From the IMG/VR virus record IMGVR_UViG_3300037419_001565: a stretch of 64,000 nt of DNA; one strand, written 5' to 3'. The notes under the pieces were generated by a model. That model searched no databases. It worked only from the letters and a program-made list of their open reading frames with translations, and was not told the DNA's origin. Every line of letters begins with the position of its first letter. Position 1 is the first letter of the stretch. The position numbers and the translations under genes are program-made. This DNA is from an uncultured virus (IMG/VR IMGVR_UViG_3300037419_001565) (lineage: Duplodnaviria; Heunggongvirae; Uroviricota; Caudoviricetes). This document shows, piece by piece, positions 19,494 through 28,439 of the stretch.

Positions 19494-20138
19494 TCAATTC
19501 CCAAACCCAATATCAACGTGCAAGTTCCTCTCCTGATCCCCTATCTGCTGCCAGTAGCGAACCTTCAGCTTGTCGCCCTTGTTCACAGGGAAGGTGTGGG
19601 TCAGGTCTTCGACTGAGTTGGCCGTTCCCATCGTCATTGTGTGGATGATAGCGTTGTTGATGTAAATCTCAATCCGTCCACTTTGGGCATTCGTGCGAGT
19701 ACCCGCAGCGGAGACTTGGAAGTTTCCAATGAAACCACTCTCACGAATAATCGCACCGTCATCGCTATCCGGCACTCCGCTTCCTGCGCTGCAGTTGCCA
19801 CTGGTGAATTGACCAAGGCCGAACGGAACCGTCGCGGCTACGCTCACAGGCGGGTTCGGTAGGATTCCACAAAAACCTGAGATATTCCCGAAGCCGATTG
19901 TAACTGCAGACTGCGCGTGAGCGGTTGGGATCAAGTCGAAATGGGAGTTGTCTGCTGCTTGTTTGACCTGCTTGGTCGCGTGGAAGAAACCCTTCACTGG
20001 CGAGATACGCAAGAGCTGTTTGGTGATGGTGGTCGAGTTGTCGCCACCGTTTGAGGAATCTTTCCCATGCCCACCGCACGCAATAAAGAACAGGGTGAGA
20101 AGGAGTGAGATTCCCAAGGTCCGAAAAACTGATTTCAT
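19494..20138 (-). CDS. lipoprotein
   Basis: AAGGAG RBS; MKSVFRTLGISLLLTLFFIA-C lipobox. Confidence 0.75.
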   Translation of the reverse strand: MKSVFRTLGISLLLTLFFIACGGHGKDSSNGGDNSTTITKQLLRISPVKGFFHATKQVKQAADNSHFDLIPTAHAQSAVTIGFGNISGFCGILPNPPVSVAATVPFGLGQFTSGNCSAGSGVPDSDDGAIIRESGFIGNFQVSAAGTRTNAQSGRIEIYINNAIIHTMTMGTANSVEDLTHTFPVNKGDKLKVRYWQQIGDQERNLHVDIGFGN

Positions 20139-20200
20139 TTTGTCTCCTTTAGAGGCCCAGAATCTATCATTAAAGATTCCCGATTTAGAAAAGAAATGGG

Positions 20201-20398
20201 TTAGGTACTTTGGTAATCCGACAATAGTTTGTCTAGCCAGCAATCGCCATAATGGTTTGTTCTTAGGACATCGTGGAGGCATTTACAAACAGGACAGCGA
20301 CCTTCACAGACTTCCAGCTCCCGCAAAGCCCTTTCTAGGCTCACAATCCGAGCTTGAAGTGCGTCCACAATTGAAAGGTTTTGGGGGAGATGACTCAC
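20201..20398 (-). CDS. hypothetical protein (coiled coil plus CxxC)
   Basis: ATGA overlap with recombinase. Confidence 0.5.
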   Translation of the reverse strand: MSHLPQNLSIVDALQARIVSLERALRELEVCEGRCPVCKCLHDVLRTNHYGDCWLDKLLSDYQST

Positions 20399-21318
20399 GC
20401 TGTAATCTCCAACGGCAAACTCTCAAGAACCCCTCTCACCGCACCTGAGTCCATTCCGGCCAGGTATTTTGCGGTGGTCGAGAGAGAAGAGTGGCCGAGT
20501 TTGATGCGAACGGTGTTGAGATCACAGCCCGCTCGGACAAGGTTGGTGGCAAAAGTTTTTCTTGTCATGTGCAGGCTGTCCTTAGGATCGAGTCTCACCT
20601 GAGCTTTCCAACAAAGCCTCTTAAACCTATAGGCGAGGGAAGCCTGACCCTCCGCGAAGCCTTCAAACAGCCTCCCCTCAGGACATTCCCTCACCATCTC
20701 TAGCACGTCTTTGCGGACCTCTAGATACCGACTCCGCTTTGATTTGGTTTTCTCAGCCGGGAGGTTGAGCATCGCGTTCTCAAAGTCAAAATCCTTCCGT
20801 TCCAACTTGACCAGCTCATCCCCTCTCACGCCGGTCGAAACCAGCAAGAGGATCATCAGCTTCTCCTTCGGCTCATCCGCCGCCTTGATAAGCGCCTGCA
20901 CCTCAGCGAAGGTGAGCGCCCGAACTGGCTTCTCAATCTCACGTAACTTCTTGACCTTGATAGGATTCGCAATCCCGTCCATCCGCTGATACCAATTCAG
21001 AAAGCCCTTCAGCACGCGGATCTCAAGGTTGATGGTCGAGGCTCCCACGCCTTCCTTCGTCCGCACCAGCCTGTAATCTTCCACGTCAGAGGTGAAGATA
21101 TCGTGAACATTCTTCTTCCCCGCAAAGTGCTTGGAGAAGATAGCTAGGATGTTCGCATAGCGAATCCAGGTTCCCCGACTGCAGACAGTTCGAACGTAAT
21201 CTTCGTATTTGGCTAACTGCTCTTTAAGGGGCGTCCGCATCTTCCTCTTCCTCCGACGCTTTATTTCCTTCCCTATAAGAGTAACATCTTCCCCCAAAGG
21301 TTGCTCGTTATTTTCCAT
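20395..21318 (-). CDS. second tyrosine recombinase (XerC/D-like)
   Basis: TGVRGDEL, KTKS, HMTRKTFAT, LGHSSLSTTAKY. Confidence 0.9.
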   Translation of the reverse strand: MENNEQPLGEDVTLIGKEIKRRRKRKMRTPLKEQLAKYEDYVRTVCSRGTWIRYANILAIFSKHFAGKKNVHDIFTSDVEDYRLVRTKEGVGASTINLEIRVLKGFLNWYQRMDGIANPIKVKKLREIEKPVRALTFAEVQALIKAADEPKEKLMILLLVSTGVRGDELVKLERKDFDFENAMLNLPAEKTKSKRSRYLEVRKDVLEMVRECPEGRLFEGFAEGQASLAYRFKRLCWKAQVRLDPKDSLHMTRKTFATNLVRAGCDLNTVRIKLGHSSLSTTAKYLAGMDSGAVRGVLESLPLEITA

Positions 21319-21601
21319 ATAGTCTACTTATCCACAATGATACTTTTCCACGCGTTTCTCGCTTCTCCACAGCGAAGAAATGGTGAAACTTTCCCATTCC
21401 TGTGCTAATCTCCTCTTTAAGCTACTTAGCTCAGAGGAAAACACCATGACTCGTTCTATTCAAATCACTGAACCCGCTCAACCCCTCTTTCCCGATGAGT
21501 CCTACGGGGAGGGTTTCTTCCGCGACGGGTTCGACAACCTGCTGTGCAAACATGATGAGGAGTGGTACTTGTTGCTGGACGAGTAATAGTCCCCATCAAT
21601 G

Positions 21602-21637
21602 AAAAGGCTCTCCATCCCAGGAGAGCCTGTTCTTTTT
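21602..21637. terminator. bidirectional intrinsic terminator
   Basis: AAAAGGCTCTCC-ATCCCA-GGAGAGCCT followed by GTTCTTTTT. Confidence 0.7.
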
Positions 21638-21786
21638 GTTTCATTCGAATGAACCCTCAGACCGGAGTTCTGGTTCCTCCAAATCCGTTATCGCAGATCC
21701 TCACTGGGAGCAATCCGCTTGGAAGGGTTTTCAGTGCGTTGGATTGCCCGCCAAACGCTCGGGCGGAGACTTGAAACAGTCTCTAT

Positions 21787-21821
21787 GTAATTAGACAGCG
21801 GAAACCTGTCTCCGACTTCAC
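21787..21821 (-). promoter_or_regulatory. phage ECF-type promoter (motif B)
   Basis: Reverse complement GTGAAGTCG-N16-GTCTAATTAC. Confidence 0.8.
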
Positions 21822-22603
21822 CTTCGAACGGAAAAATCTGGTCTCGTCGGCATGAAGTTTCTCCTGCTCGCCGCGAGCTTCGCCGCCACCGCTTGAGAGG
21901 TGATGGGAGTGTTCATCGGCAAAGCCAAAGTGGTCATAGACTGCGGATCGTTGAAGAGGAACAAATCCGGCAATCCCGCTTCTGGCATCCCGCGCTGCAC
22001 GCCGACCGGGTGAGCGCCTGCAGCCCTGACCTGAGCCTCGATTCCATCTCCCTGTAAACCTTTCAATTGTGGAGAGAAAACACTCTCACCTACCTGCGGC
22101 TTTGGAAAGGTTTTTGGGGAGATGCCGTCAAAAGCCTTTTTCATCAGGAACATTTGAAACGCAGCCGCTCCCGTTCTCCCTGCCGCACTCGCATAATCCC
22201 CATTACCCAACTCCTCCCCAAGTGCCTTCGCGTCAATCGGGAGATTGGGAGCCATCGCCTCTTCGAAGTTCTTGGGTGGGCCGTTCAGGAGTCCGTCTAT
22301 GCCTCGAATCCCTGAGCCGATAGGGGAGGCCATGACCATTCCCATCAGGGCTTCCTTCGGGGTGGGGAGGTTCGCATAGAGGGAGGTCAGTCCACGATTG
22401 ATGGGGTCGGTTTGAACCATTCCGCGTGGAGCTTTTGGGAGGTCTATCGGTCCTGTCGCTTGTGGCGCAATGAACGCTTTCTGGGCTTCTTTTGTCTTGA
22501 ACGACTGCGCGACGATCTCGCGGATTTGGTCATCAGGGACGGACGAGTCAAATTCGAGGTTGCCGTAATCAGGGATGTGAACTATTTTCTTTGCGGGTGG
22601 CAC
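21818..22603 (-). CDS. putative virion/ejection protein
   Basis: End of structural operon, Ala/Gly/Pro-rich. Confidence 0.5.
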   Translation of the reverse strand: MPPAKKIVHIPDYGNLEFDSSVPDDQIREIVAQSFKTKEAQKAFIAPQATGPIDLPKAPRGMVQTDPINRGLTSLYANLPTPKEALMGMVMASPIGSGIRGIDGLLNGPPKNFEEAMAPNLPIDAKALGEELGNGDYASAAGRTGAAAFQMFLMKKAFDGISPKTFPKPQVGESVFSPQLKGLQGDGIEAQVRAAGAHPVGVQRGMPEAGLPDLFLFNDPQSMTTLALPMNTPITSQAVAAKLAASRRNFMPTRPDFSVRR

Positions 22604-22716
22604 TCACTTGCATCCAACTAAAAGAGGTAAGTAGATGGTTACTGCGTTTTGGATCGTGATGTTTCTTGTGGTGGGGGTGTTTCTTTATGGTGTGATTGGG
22701 GCGCTGGCTTTATCGT

Positions 22717-25245
22717 TTAGTAAACCAATTGCCCTGACGCCGGATCATAAACCGAAAACTGCGCGTCTTGGTGAACAAGATTCCCAATAGCGGCTTTCTC
22801 TGCGAGAGAGGTAGGAGCAGAGAGTAGGAACTTTTTGAACGCTACCGCCTTTTGAGGGTTAGTAGCGAAGTAAGCCACAATCTTCGACGCACCAGGGATT
22901 CGAGCAGGCATCGGAGCGTGATAGCCGAATGAATCCATCAGCGTTCCCATCTTGGCGTTGAGAGCGCCGCCCTTCTTCAAAGCATCCACAGCATCAGCAA
23001 TCTCATAGATGTTGTTCAACGCTTTTGCGTTCTCTGGATTGCCCTCCACCAAAGCATTCAATTTGTCCCGTCCAATCGAAGTCAAAGCTTGACGGATTGT
23101 GGTGGGGTTCATCTGATTGCTTTGTCCGAGTCGAGCACGTAGCCAATCTGCACGAGGGGCGTCTCCGCCAATAGACGTGTCAATCGCATCGCTAAGAACA
23201 TTTTTCAACATAGCGTCGGTGATGCTCTTAGGCGCAACTCCTCGGAAGTCTCGGAGTTCGGCAACTGACATTTGGGGAATGAGTTTGTGAACATCCTCAG
23301 GAGCGGAGTTGAGAATCTGTTGGAACTTGGCCTTAGTGGTTTGTCCCTGTAACGTTTTGAAATTGGTTTGGAGGGTATCGAGATTGGTAATCTTGTCGCT
23401 CAAACCTCTGAACATATCCACAACGTTCTGACGAACATTTCCGTCCGCATCGGTCGTGAGTTCACGCAATACATCTGGCCCGAGTTTCCCAATGCGGGTC
23501 TTGAGGCCAGTCGGATTGAGCACAGCCTGTGATGCGCCCTTTGTAGAGGTGTTGATATTACGACGGAGATAATCAGACAACATTCCATCAACTGCCTCAG
23601 GTCCGAGCTTCTGTTTGAGGAATCGAACGTCCTCTGCAGAAAGTTTAGGAAGCATTTGAGAAATCTTTTCCGCAGGTAATGACCCGTCAAGAACACCCGA
23701 CAGAACAGAATCATCCTGCATCTGACGGATTCCTCTGTATTTCGCGTTCAAGTTTCGCCATTGTTCAACATCCAAACCAGCTTGTGAGAACCCCTTTTCA
23801 ATCGCAGGCTCAATTTCAGTCTTGAGAAGGTTCTGGATATTGCCGGTCTCTTTATTGCCAATCTGTTTACTTCCCTTGAGCGCACGGACTCTCTCAAGCA
23901 AATAGCTGCGTTGGTCAATCAGTTCATCTAAACTCATCTGGCTCGCAGCTTTACCTGCAGAAGAAACCGGTTGACCGTCAGGCCCAAGCAATCCGGATGC
24001 AGCGGTCTCCGCTTCTTTACCGACCGTAGCAAGATTACGAAGACGCTGAGGAACAGGAATGCCCGCATCTTCATAGGCAGCCACTACACGCTTTGCAACA
24101 TTATTAAGAGGTGCAGTGTCGATCTGGACTTTCGACAGAGCGGGTTTCAACTCGCCAAGTTCAGATTGATAGGCTGTCAAATCACCCTTCAATCTGCCGG
24201 TCGCCATGTTGCGAACTTTAATTCCAAAAGCTTCGGGCGTTCCGAAGTTGCCTAACGAATCTGGAACGGAAGAGATGGATTGCTGAGTTGTGTTGACTTG
24301 ATTCTGCAGGGCAGCAAGATTCTTTTCCTGTGCAGCGAGTTCCTTGTTGAAAGGAACTTCTGCCGCGAACTTGGCAGCTTGGCCTTCGAGTAACGGATCA
24401 GCAGCTCCCGGCATGGAAGCGAAGTTTTTCTTGAGTGCATTTTGCAGGATGCCTTGTTGGTTGGCTTCAAACGCCTGCACATCGGCATTCGTACCTGCGA
24501 GATATTTCTGAGCAGCTAGAGATTTCGGATTGCCGGTCGCTTGTCCGAGGGTCAAAGGAATGCGAGTGTCTGCAATCGCGGCAGAGTCCTCGATTGGTGC
24601 AACCAGACCTTTCAAATACTTAGTAGCTTTATTAGCAGCATAAGGAGCTGTGGCATCAGTGAAAGTCTCCGTCAACGCGCCAGTTTTATCCCCGCTTGCA
24701 TAGCGAGACACACCCTTCTCGATAAAAGGCCCGAGCAAAGGGATTTTGGATTCAATGTCTAGACGCTGTGCAGTCTGTGGAAGCCCTTTCGCGATTGCAG
24801 CTTCTTTAGCAGCTTGCATTTGCTGATAAGGCTGCACAAACATTCTCTGAACAATATTTGCGCCGACTTGAGCGCCGGGAACCATATCAGGAACCGCAGC
24901 CTCTCCTTTAGACGCATCAGGCGGAGCCAGCAGCATCCCCGCAATGTCGAAAGGAGAAGTTAAGAGTCCTTTGGCGGAACGAAGTACACCTTTGAACCCG
25001 CCCATGATTGGACCTTCATCCGGCTTACGATCCAACATAGAAGTCAGATGTGCAGGAAACAAATCCTTCATCGCATCCGCAGAACTTAGAATCTCGTTCT
25101 GATCGTTTGCCTGCATTCCTGCAAACTCACTATCAGCATCCGAAAGAATCTTCCGCTGCGTCTCACGGTCAAAATTCTTGAACTCGGGGTCTGCGAGAAT
25201 CTTTTGTACAGGAGTCTGCGTCTGTTGTCCGGTAGGAAAGGGCAC
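22717..25245 (-). CDS. large putative ejection (DNA transfer) protein
   Basis: 842 aa, helical and Ala-rich, IPLTLGQATG motif, podovirus synteny. Confidence 0.6.
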   Translation of the reverse strand: MPFPTGQQTQTPVQKILADPEFKNFDRETQRKILSDADSEFAGMQANDQNEILSSADAMKDLFPAHLTSMLDRKPDEGPIMGGFKGVLRSAKGLLTSPFDIAGMLLAPPDASKGEAAVPDMVPGAQVGANIVQRMFVQPYQQMQAAKEAAIAKGLPQTAQRLDIESKIPLLGPFIEKGVSRYASGDKTGALTETFTDATAPYAANKATKYLKGLVAPIEDSAAIADTRIPLTLGQATGNPKSLAAQKYLAGTNADVQAFEANQQGILQNALKKNFASMPGAADPLLEGQAAKFAAEVPFNKELAAQEKNLAALQNQVNTTQQSISSVPDSLGNFGTPEAFGIKVRNMATGRLKGDLTAYQSELGELKPALSKVQIDTAPLNNVAKRVVAAYEDAGIPVPQRLRNLATVGKEAETAASGLLGPDGQPVSSAGKAASQMSLDELIDQRSYLLERVRALKGSKQIGNKETGNIQNLLKTEIEPAIEKGFSQAGLDVEQWRNLNAKYRGIRQMQDDSVLSGVLDGSLPAEKISQMLPKLSAEDVRFLKQKLGPEAVDGMLSDYLRRNINTSTKGASQAVLNPTGLKTRIGKLGPDVLRELTTDADGNVRQNVVDMFRGLSDKITNLDTLQTNFKTLQGQTTKAKFQQILNSAPEDVHKLIPQMSVAELRDFRGVAPKSITDAMLKNVLSDAIDTSIGGDAPRADWLRARLGQSNQMNPTTIRQALTSIGRDKLNALVEGNPENAKALNNIYEIADAVDALKKGGALNAKMGTLMDSFGYHAPMPARIPGASKIVAYFATNPQKAVAFKKFLLSAPTSLAEKAAIGNLVHQDAQFSVYDPASGQLVY

Positions 25246-26754
25246 TTATTTAATTCCGTGTTTGGCTTTGAATTTGGCTACTGCGTCCGAGTTTGAGGGT
25301 GAGGCATTGGGAGTTACCAAGGGATTCCCGTTCATGCTCGTGTCTGCATTCATGAAGTCCACACCGCTCACGTTGGCGAAAATATTGTTTTTAATGGTTC
25401 CGAGTTCGGACTTCGTACCCTTCAGGAGTTCTTGACCTAGCTTGTAGGAGTCAAATCCCTTCGGTAAGCTGCCCGCTTGAAACTTATTCAACATCGCTTG
25501 CGAGCCATTCATACCACCGCTGAACCCACGTAAACCGCCCGAGAGTTCGCCTGCTCGAAGGAGAGCCGAAGCAAGTTTGGTGGTCTTGTCGTTCATTCCG
25601 TTCGACGCAACACCCTGCAGGATTGTTTCTTTGATCCCTGGCTCGTGTTGAGCGCGTTGAAGAACGGTCGTGAGTGCGAGAGCTTGGTTGGAGTCCTTTA
25701 ATGCATCGAGGTTCTGCTCAACCTGATTGACCGCCTGCTCGAAGCCACGAACCTGAGTCAGACGGTTGGAAAGTTTATCTACATCGAGCGAATGAACCGG
25801 CGTGAGTCCTGCCTCTGCCGCGTCGTCCATTCTGCGCTGCACGACTTGGAAAGTCTTCGGATCGAAGAAGGTTCCATACCGACTATCGTTTCGGGCATTC
25901 GCAACGGTCACACCGACAGAAATCTTGTTTTGATTCTCGAACTGTGCGGCTTTCTTTGCCCACGCACTCACACGACCCTGATATGTCGCATCATCTTCAT
26001 TTTGCAACTTTTGTGGCTTCGGTCCTACTGCAGCCTCAGTGATTGGATTGATGGACTTCTCTCGGGGGTCACGATTGTTGATTGCTTCTTGTTGAGCAAC
26101 GAACTGAAGTCCTTTTGTAAGAATGTCATTCGCATGTTCAGGACTCATTGCTTGGGAAGCCTGACGGCCAATCCCACGCATATAGGAACCGTACTTTCCC
26201 TGAAGGTCGGGTGGAAGAAGATTCAACGCACTTTCTTCAGTTGGACGATTTCCACCCTGTCCAGCGATGTCCCACAAACTCATTCCCTTCGAGACATCAC
26301 CCGAAATCGGATCAACCTTTACCAACCCCGCAGGAGTGCTCATCACCTTGGACGCAAGAGCACTCTTGAGATTGATGACATCCATCGCCTGCTGCATCGG
26401 AGCCATCAACTGATTGTTGATGTGCTGGGCGCGGAGAGAGGGAATACTAAGGAGTCCCTGAGCCACATTCGAGATCCCCTCACCAAGAGTCTCACTCGGA
26501 CGGATAGAAGCCGCTGCGAGCATGGCGTTCTCGATTCCGCGAGACAGCATCGGATGTCTGCCAAAGAAATTGTCAGTCCCCGCTTCAGGCAGGAGAAAGT
26601 TCTCCTTCGGCTCGGGGAGATTCATCCCCAACGGAGCCAGGAGCGCCGAGACATCTTGAAAGGTTTGTGGGGAGATGGCAGACGGAGTAGCCGGAGCCAT
26701 CATCCCCTGAACCCGAGTGGCGATGCGTGAGAATTTTGCGCGAGTGTTTGCCAT
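25246..26754 (-). CDS. putative ejection protein
   Basis: 502 aa, synteny. Confidence 0.55.
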   Translation of the reverse strand: MANTRAKFSRIATRVQGMMAPATPSAISPQTFQDVSALLAPLGMNLPEPKENFLLPEAGTDNFFGRHPMLSRGIENAMLAAASIRPSETLGEGISNVAQGLLSIPSLRAQHINNQLMAPMQQAMDVINLKSALASKVMSTPAGLVKVDPISGDVSKGMSLWDIAGQGGNRPTEESALNLLPPDLQGKYGSYMRGIGRQASQAMSPEHANDILTKGLQFVAQQEAINNRDPREKSINPITEAAVGPKPQKLQNEDDATYQGRVSAWAKKAAQFENQNKISVGVTVANARNDSRYGTFFDPKTFQVVQRRMDDAAEAGLTPVHSLDVDKLSNRLTQVRGFEQAVNQVEQNLDALKDSNQALALTTVLQRAQHEPGIKETILQGVASNGMNDKTTKLASALLRAGELSGGLRGFSGGMNGSQAMLNKFQAGSLPKGFDSYKLGQELLKGTKSELGTIKNNIFANVSGVDFMNADTSMNGNPLVTPNASPSNSDAVAKFKAKHGIK

Positions 26755-27458
26755 TAGTACATCACACCTGGAATCGGAGTACCGCCGTACGATCTGGGAT
26801 CAATAAATCCAGCAGAAACTTGAGTAGTTGGATTGAGATTGATTCCCGCAAAGGGATTCGAACCTGCCCACGCCGGAGGAGCAGACATCGGAAGGGAAGG
26901 CTCACTCATTCCGGTCGTTCCGCTTGGAATGAATGGAGCACCTGCACCCATCAGACTCATTCCACCCGTGAACGGAGCAGTAGCCGCCGCGAGTCCCATT
27001 CCTGCAACCTGAGGCAACCAAGTTCCCAAGCCGGAAGTTTTCGTGGTCTGGTCGCCTGTCTGACCCGTCACAAGCGGCTGATAGCCCATCGCGCTTCGCG
27101 TGGCATTCTGCCGACGCTGATCCGCAGCGAAAAGATTTTGGCTGAAAGCATTCGATTGAAGAGCCGTGTTCGCTCGTGCCGCCCTATCAAGCTGACTCTG
27201 AGCAAACGGAGAATCCTCACCAAATCCACTCTGAGCCGCCCGTGCAAGAACGCTCTGAATCCCTTGCTGCCCTAACTGATTCGCAGCCTTCAAACTCTGC
27301 CCGAGCATCAACTGATAAGTCGGGTTGGCGGTGATGTCGGGATTCATATCGGCTTGGAGGGAAGACTGAATCCCCGGTTGGAGGGCGTTATACGTCCCTA
27401 GCGAGCCGGAGTCGAAGTTCGTTGTTTGCTGTGTGTGGGTTTCTTTTTTGCTTGAGAT
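26754..27458 (-). CDS. small ejection/pilot protein, probable ATC start
   Basis: Frame extends 37 codons upstream of ATG 27347 to an ATC preceded by GGAGGTGA; Gly/Ala hydrophobic patch. Confidence 0.6.
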   Translation of the reverse strand: MSSKKETHTQQTTNFDSGSLGTYNALQPGIQSSLQADMNPDITANPTYQLMLGQSLKAANQLGQQGIQSVLARAAQSGFGEDSPFAQSQLDRAARANTALQSNAFSQNLFAADQRRQNATRSAMGYQPLVTGQTGDQTTKTSGLGTWLPQVAGMGLAAATAPFTGGMSLMGAGAPFIPSGTTGMSEPSLPMSAPPAWAGSNPFAGINLNPTTQVSAGFIDPRSYGGTPIPGVMY

Positions 27459-27490
27459 AAATCACCTCCAGCGGAAAATTCCGCTAGCGA

Positions 27491-27838
27491 TTAAAGGACT
27501 TTCTTAAATCTGATTTCGGGGGCTTCGGAAGTCTCAACAGCTCCGTAAGTCTTCACGACGTTCTTCCACTTCTCATCCGAATCTTTTACGTTGAAATAGA
27601 ACTGCTCAATCCCCGCGCCGAACATATAGCTTTCGAGATTGTTCTGATTCAGAACTTTGTAACGGTCTTCGCAACCCTCGGGATAGTGAACGGGATCGAG
27701 TTCCTCAATCTGACGAAGGACAGAAAGGATTGGCCCATGTGGAGTATCGAGTGCCAGCATTCTCCACTTTCCAGTCAAGTCGGACTTGGCTCGAACACTC
27801 TCTACCTCTTCAGGAGTTGCAAATCGGAGTTTTTTCAT
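27491..27838 (-). CDS. hypothetical protein (position of the small gene preceding podovirus ejection genes)
   Basis: 115 aa; ATG supplied by motif A. Confidence 0.55.
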   Translation of the reverse strand: MKKLRFATPEEVESVRAKSDLTGKWRMLALDTPHGPILSVLRQIEELDPVHYPEGCEDRYKVLNQNNLESYMFGAGIEQFYFNVKDSDEKWKNVVKTYGAVETSEAPEIRFKKVL

Positions 27839-27864
27839 CTCCCAACAAAACCTTTCAATCTCAC

Positions 27865-28152
27865 TTAACTCTTCCTCTTTGCTACTTCCATCAAAATCCG
27901 GTCAAGCTTGTCGTTCTGCTTATCAAGCTTGTCCTCCAACCGCTTCAGGTCTTCCTTATCTGCCTTGGTCTCGTTGAGCTTCTCGATCTTGGCCTTACTC
28001 TCTTGAAGACTCTCTTCATGTCGCTTGACGGTTTCTTTCGTTTCGGTCGTGCCTGCGGCGTAGCCAAAAACGAGACTGCCTGAGAGGAAGGCGATAGAGA
28101 CGGCGGCTGAAATTGTTTTCCAGTCGAAGCGGCGTTGGGAGAGTGGGGTCAC
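27865..28152 (-). CDS. membrane-anchored coiled-coil protein (holin-like)
   Basis: One TM segment plus KADKEDLKRLEDKLD coil. Confidence 0.55.
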   Translation of the reverse strand: MTPLSQRRFDWKTISAAVSIAFLSGSLVFGYAAGTTETKETVKRHEESLQESKAKIEKLNETKADKEDLKRLEDKLDKQNDKLDRILMEVAKRKS

Positions 28153-28196
28153 AAGGAAAGGCTTTCAGGGGGGGGGGGGGTTGAGATGGAAAGGTT

Positions 28197-28439
28197 TTAT
28201 TGGGAGATGAGGTTTTGTAAATCGGCTAGTGCCTGGTCAGCTCTCTGTGTCGCAAGATGCTTCATCTCCACATTCGAAGCATGGTCAGTCGCTTCACGTT
28301 GAATGTCGGAAGATTCCTTCTCGTGAAGGTTATAGATGGTGTGCCAGGAGTCGGTGCTCGGGTCGTTGCAGCAACGGGCGAGAACGGCAATCGCGCCGTC
28401 TGCGAGTTTTTTGGTTTCGATGATTTTTGCTGTATGCAT
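28197..28439 (-). CDS. hypothetical protein (possible fibre chaperone)
   Basis: TAATG coupling to tail fibre gene. Confidence 0.55.
   Translation of the reverse strand: MHTAKIIETKKLADGAIAVLARCCNDPSTDSWHTIYNLHEKESSDIQREATDHASNVEMKHLATQRADQALADLQNLISQ

Noticed and set aside
21638..21660. Second hammerhead (CTGAGGG...ATGAAAC on the minus strand)
   Set aside because: Core deviates from CUGANGA, and stems I and III were not found
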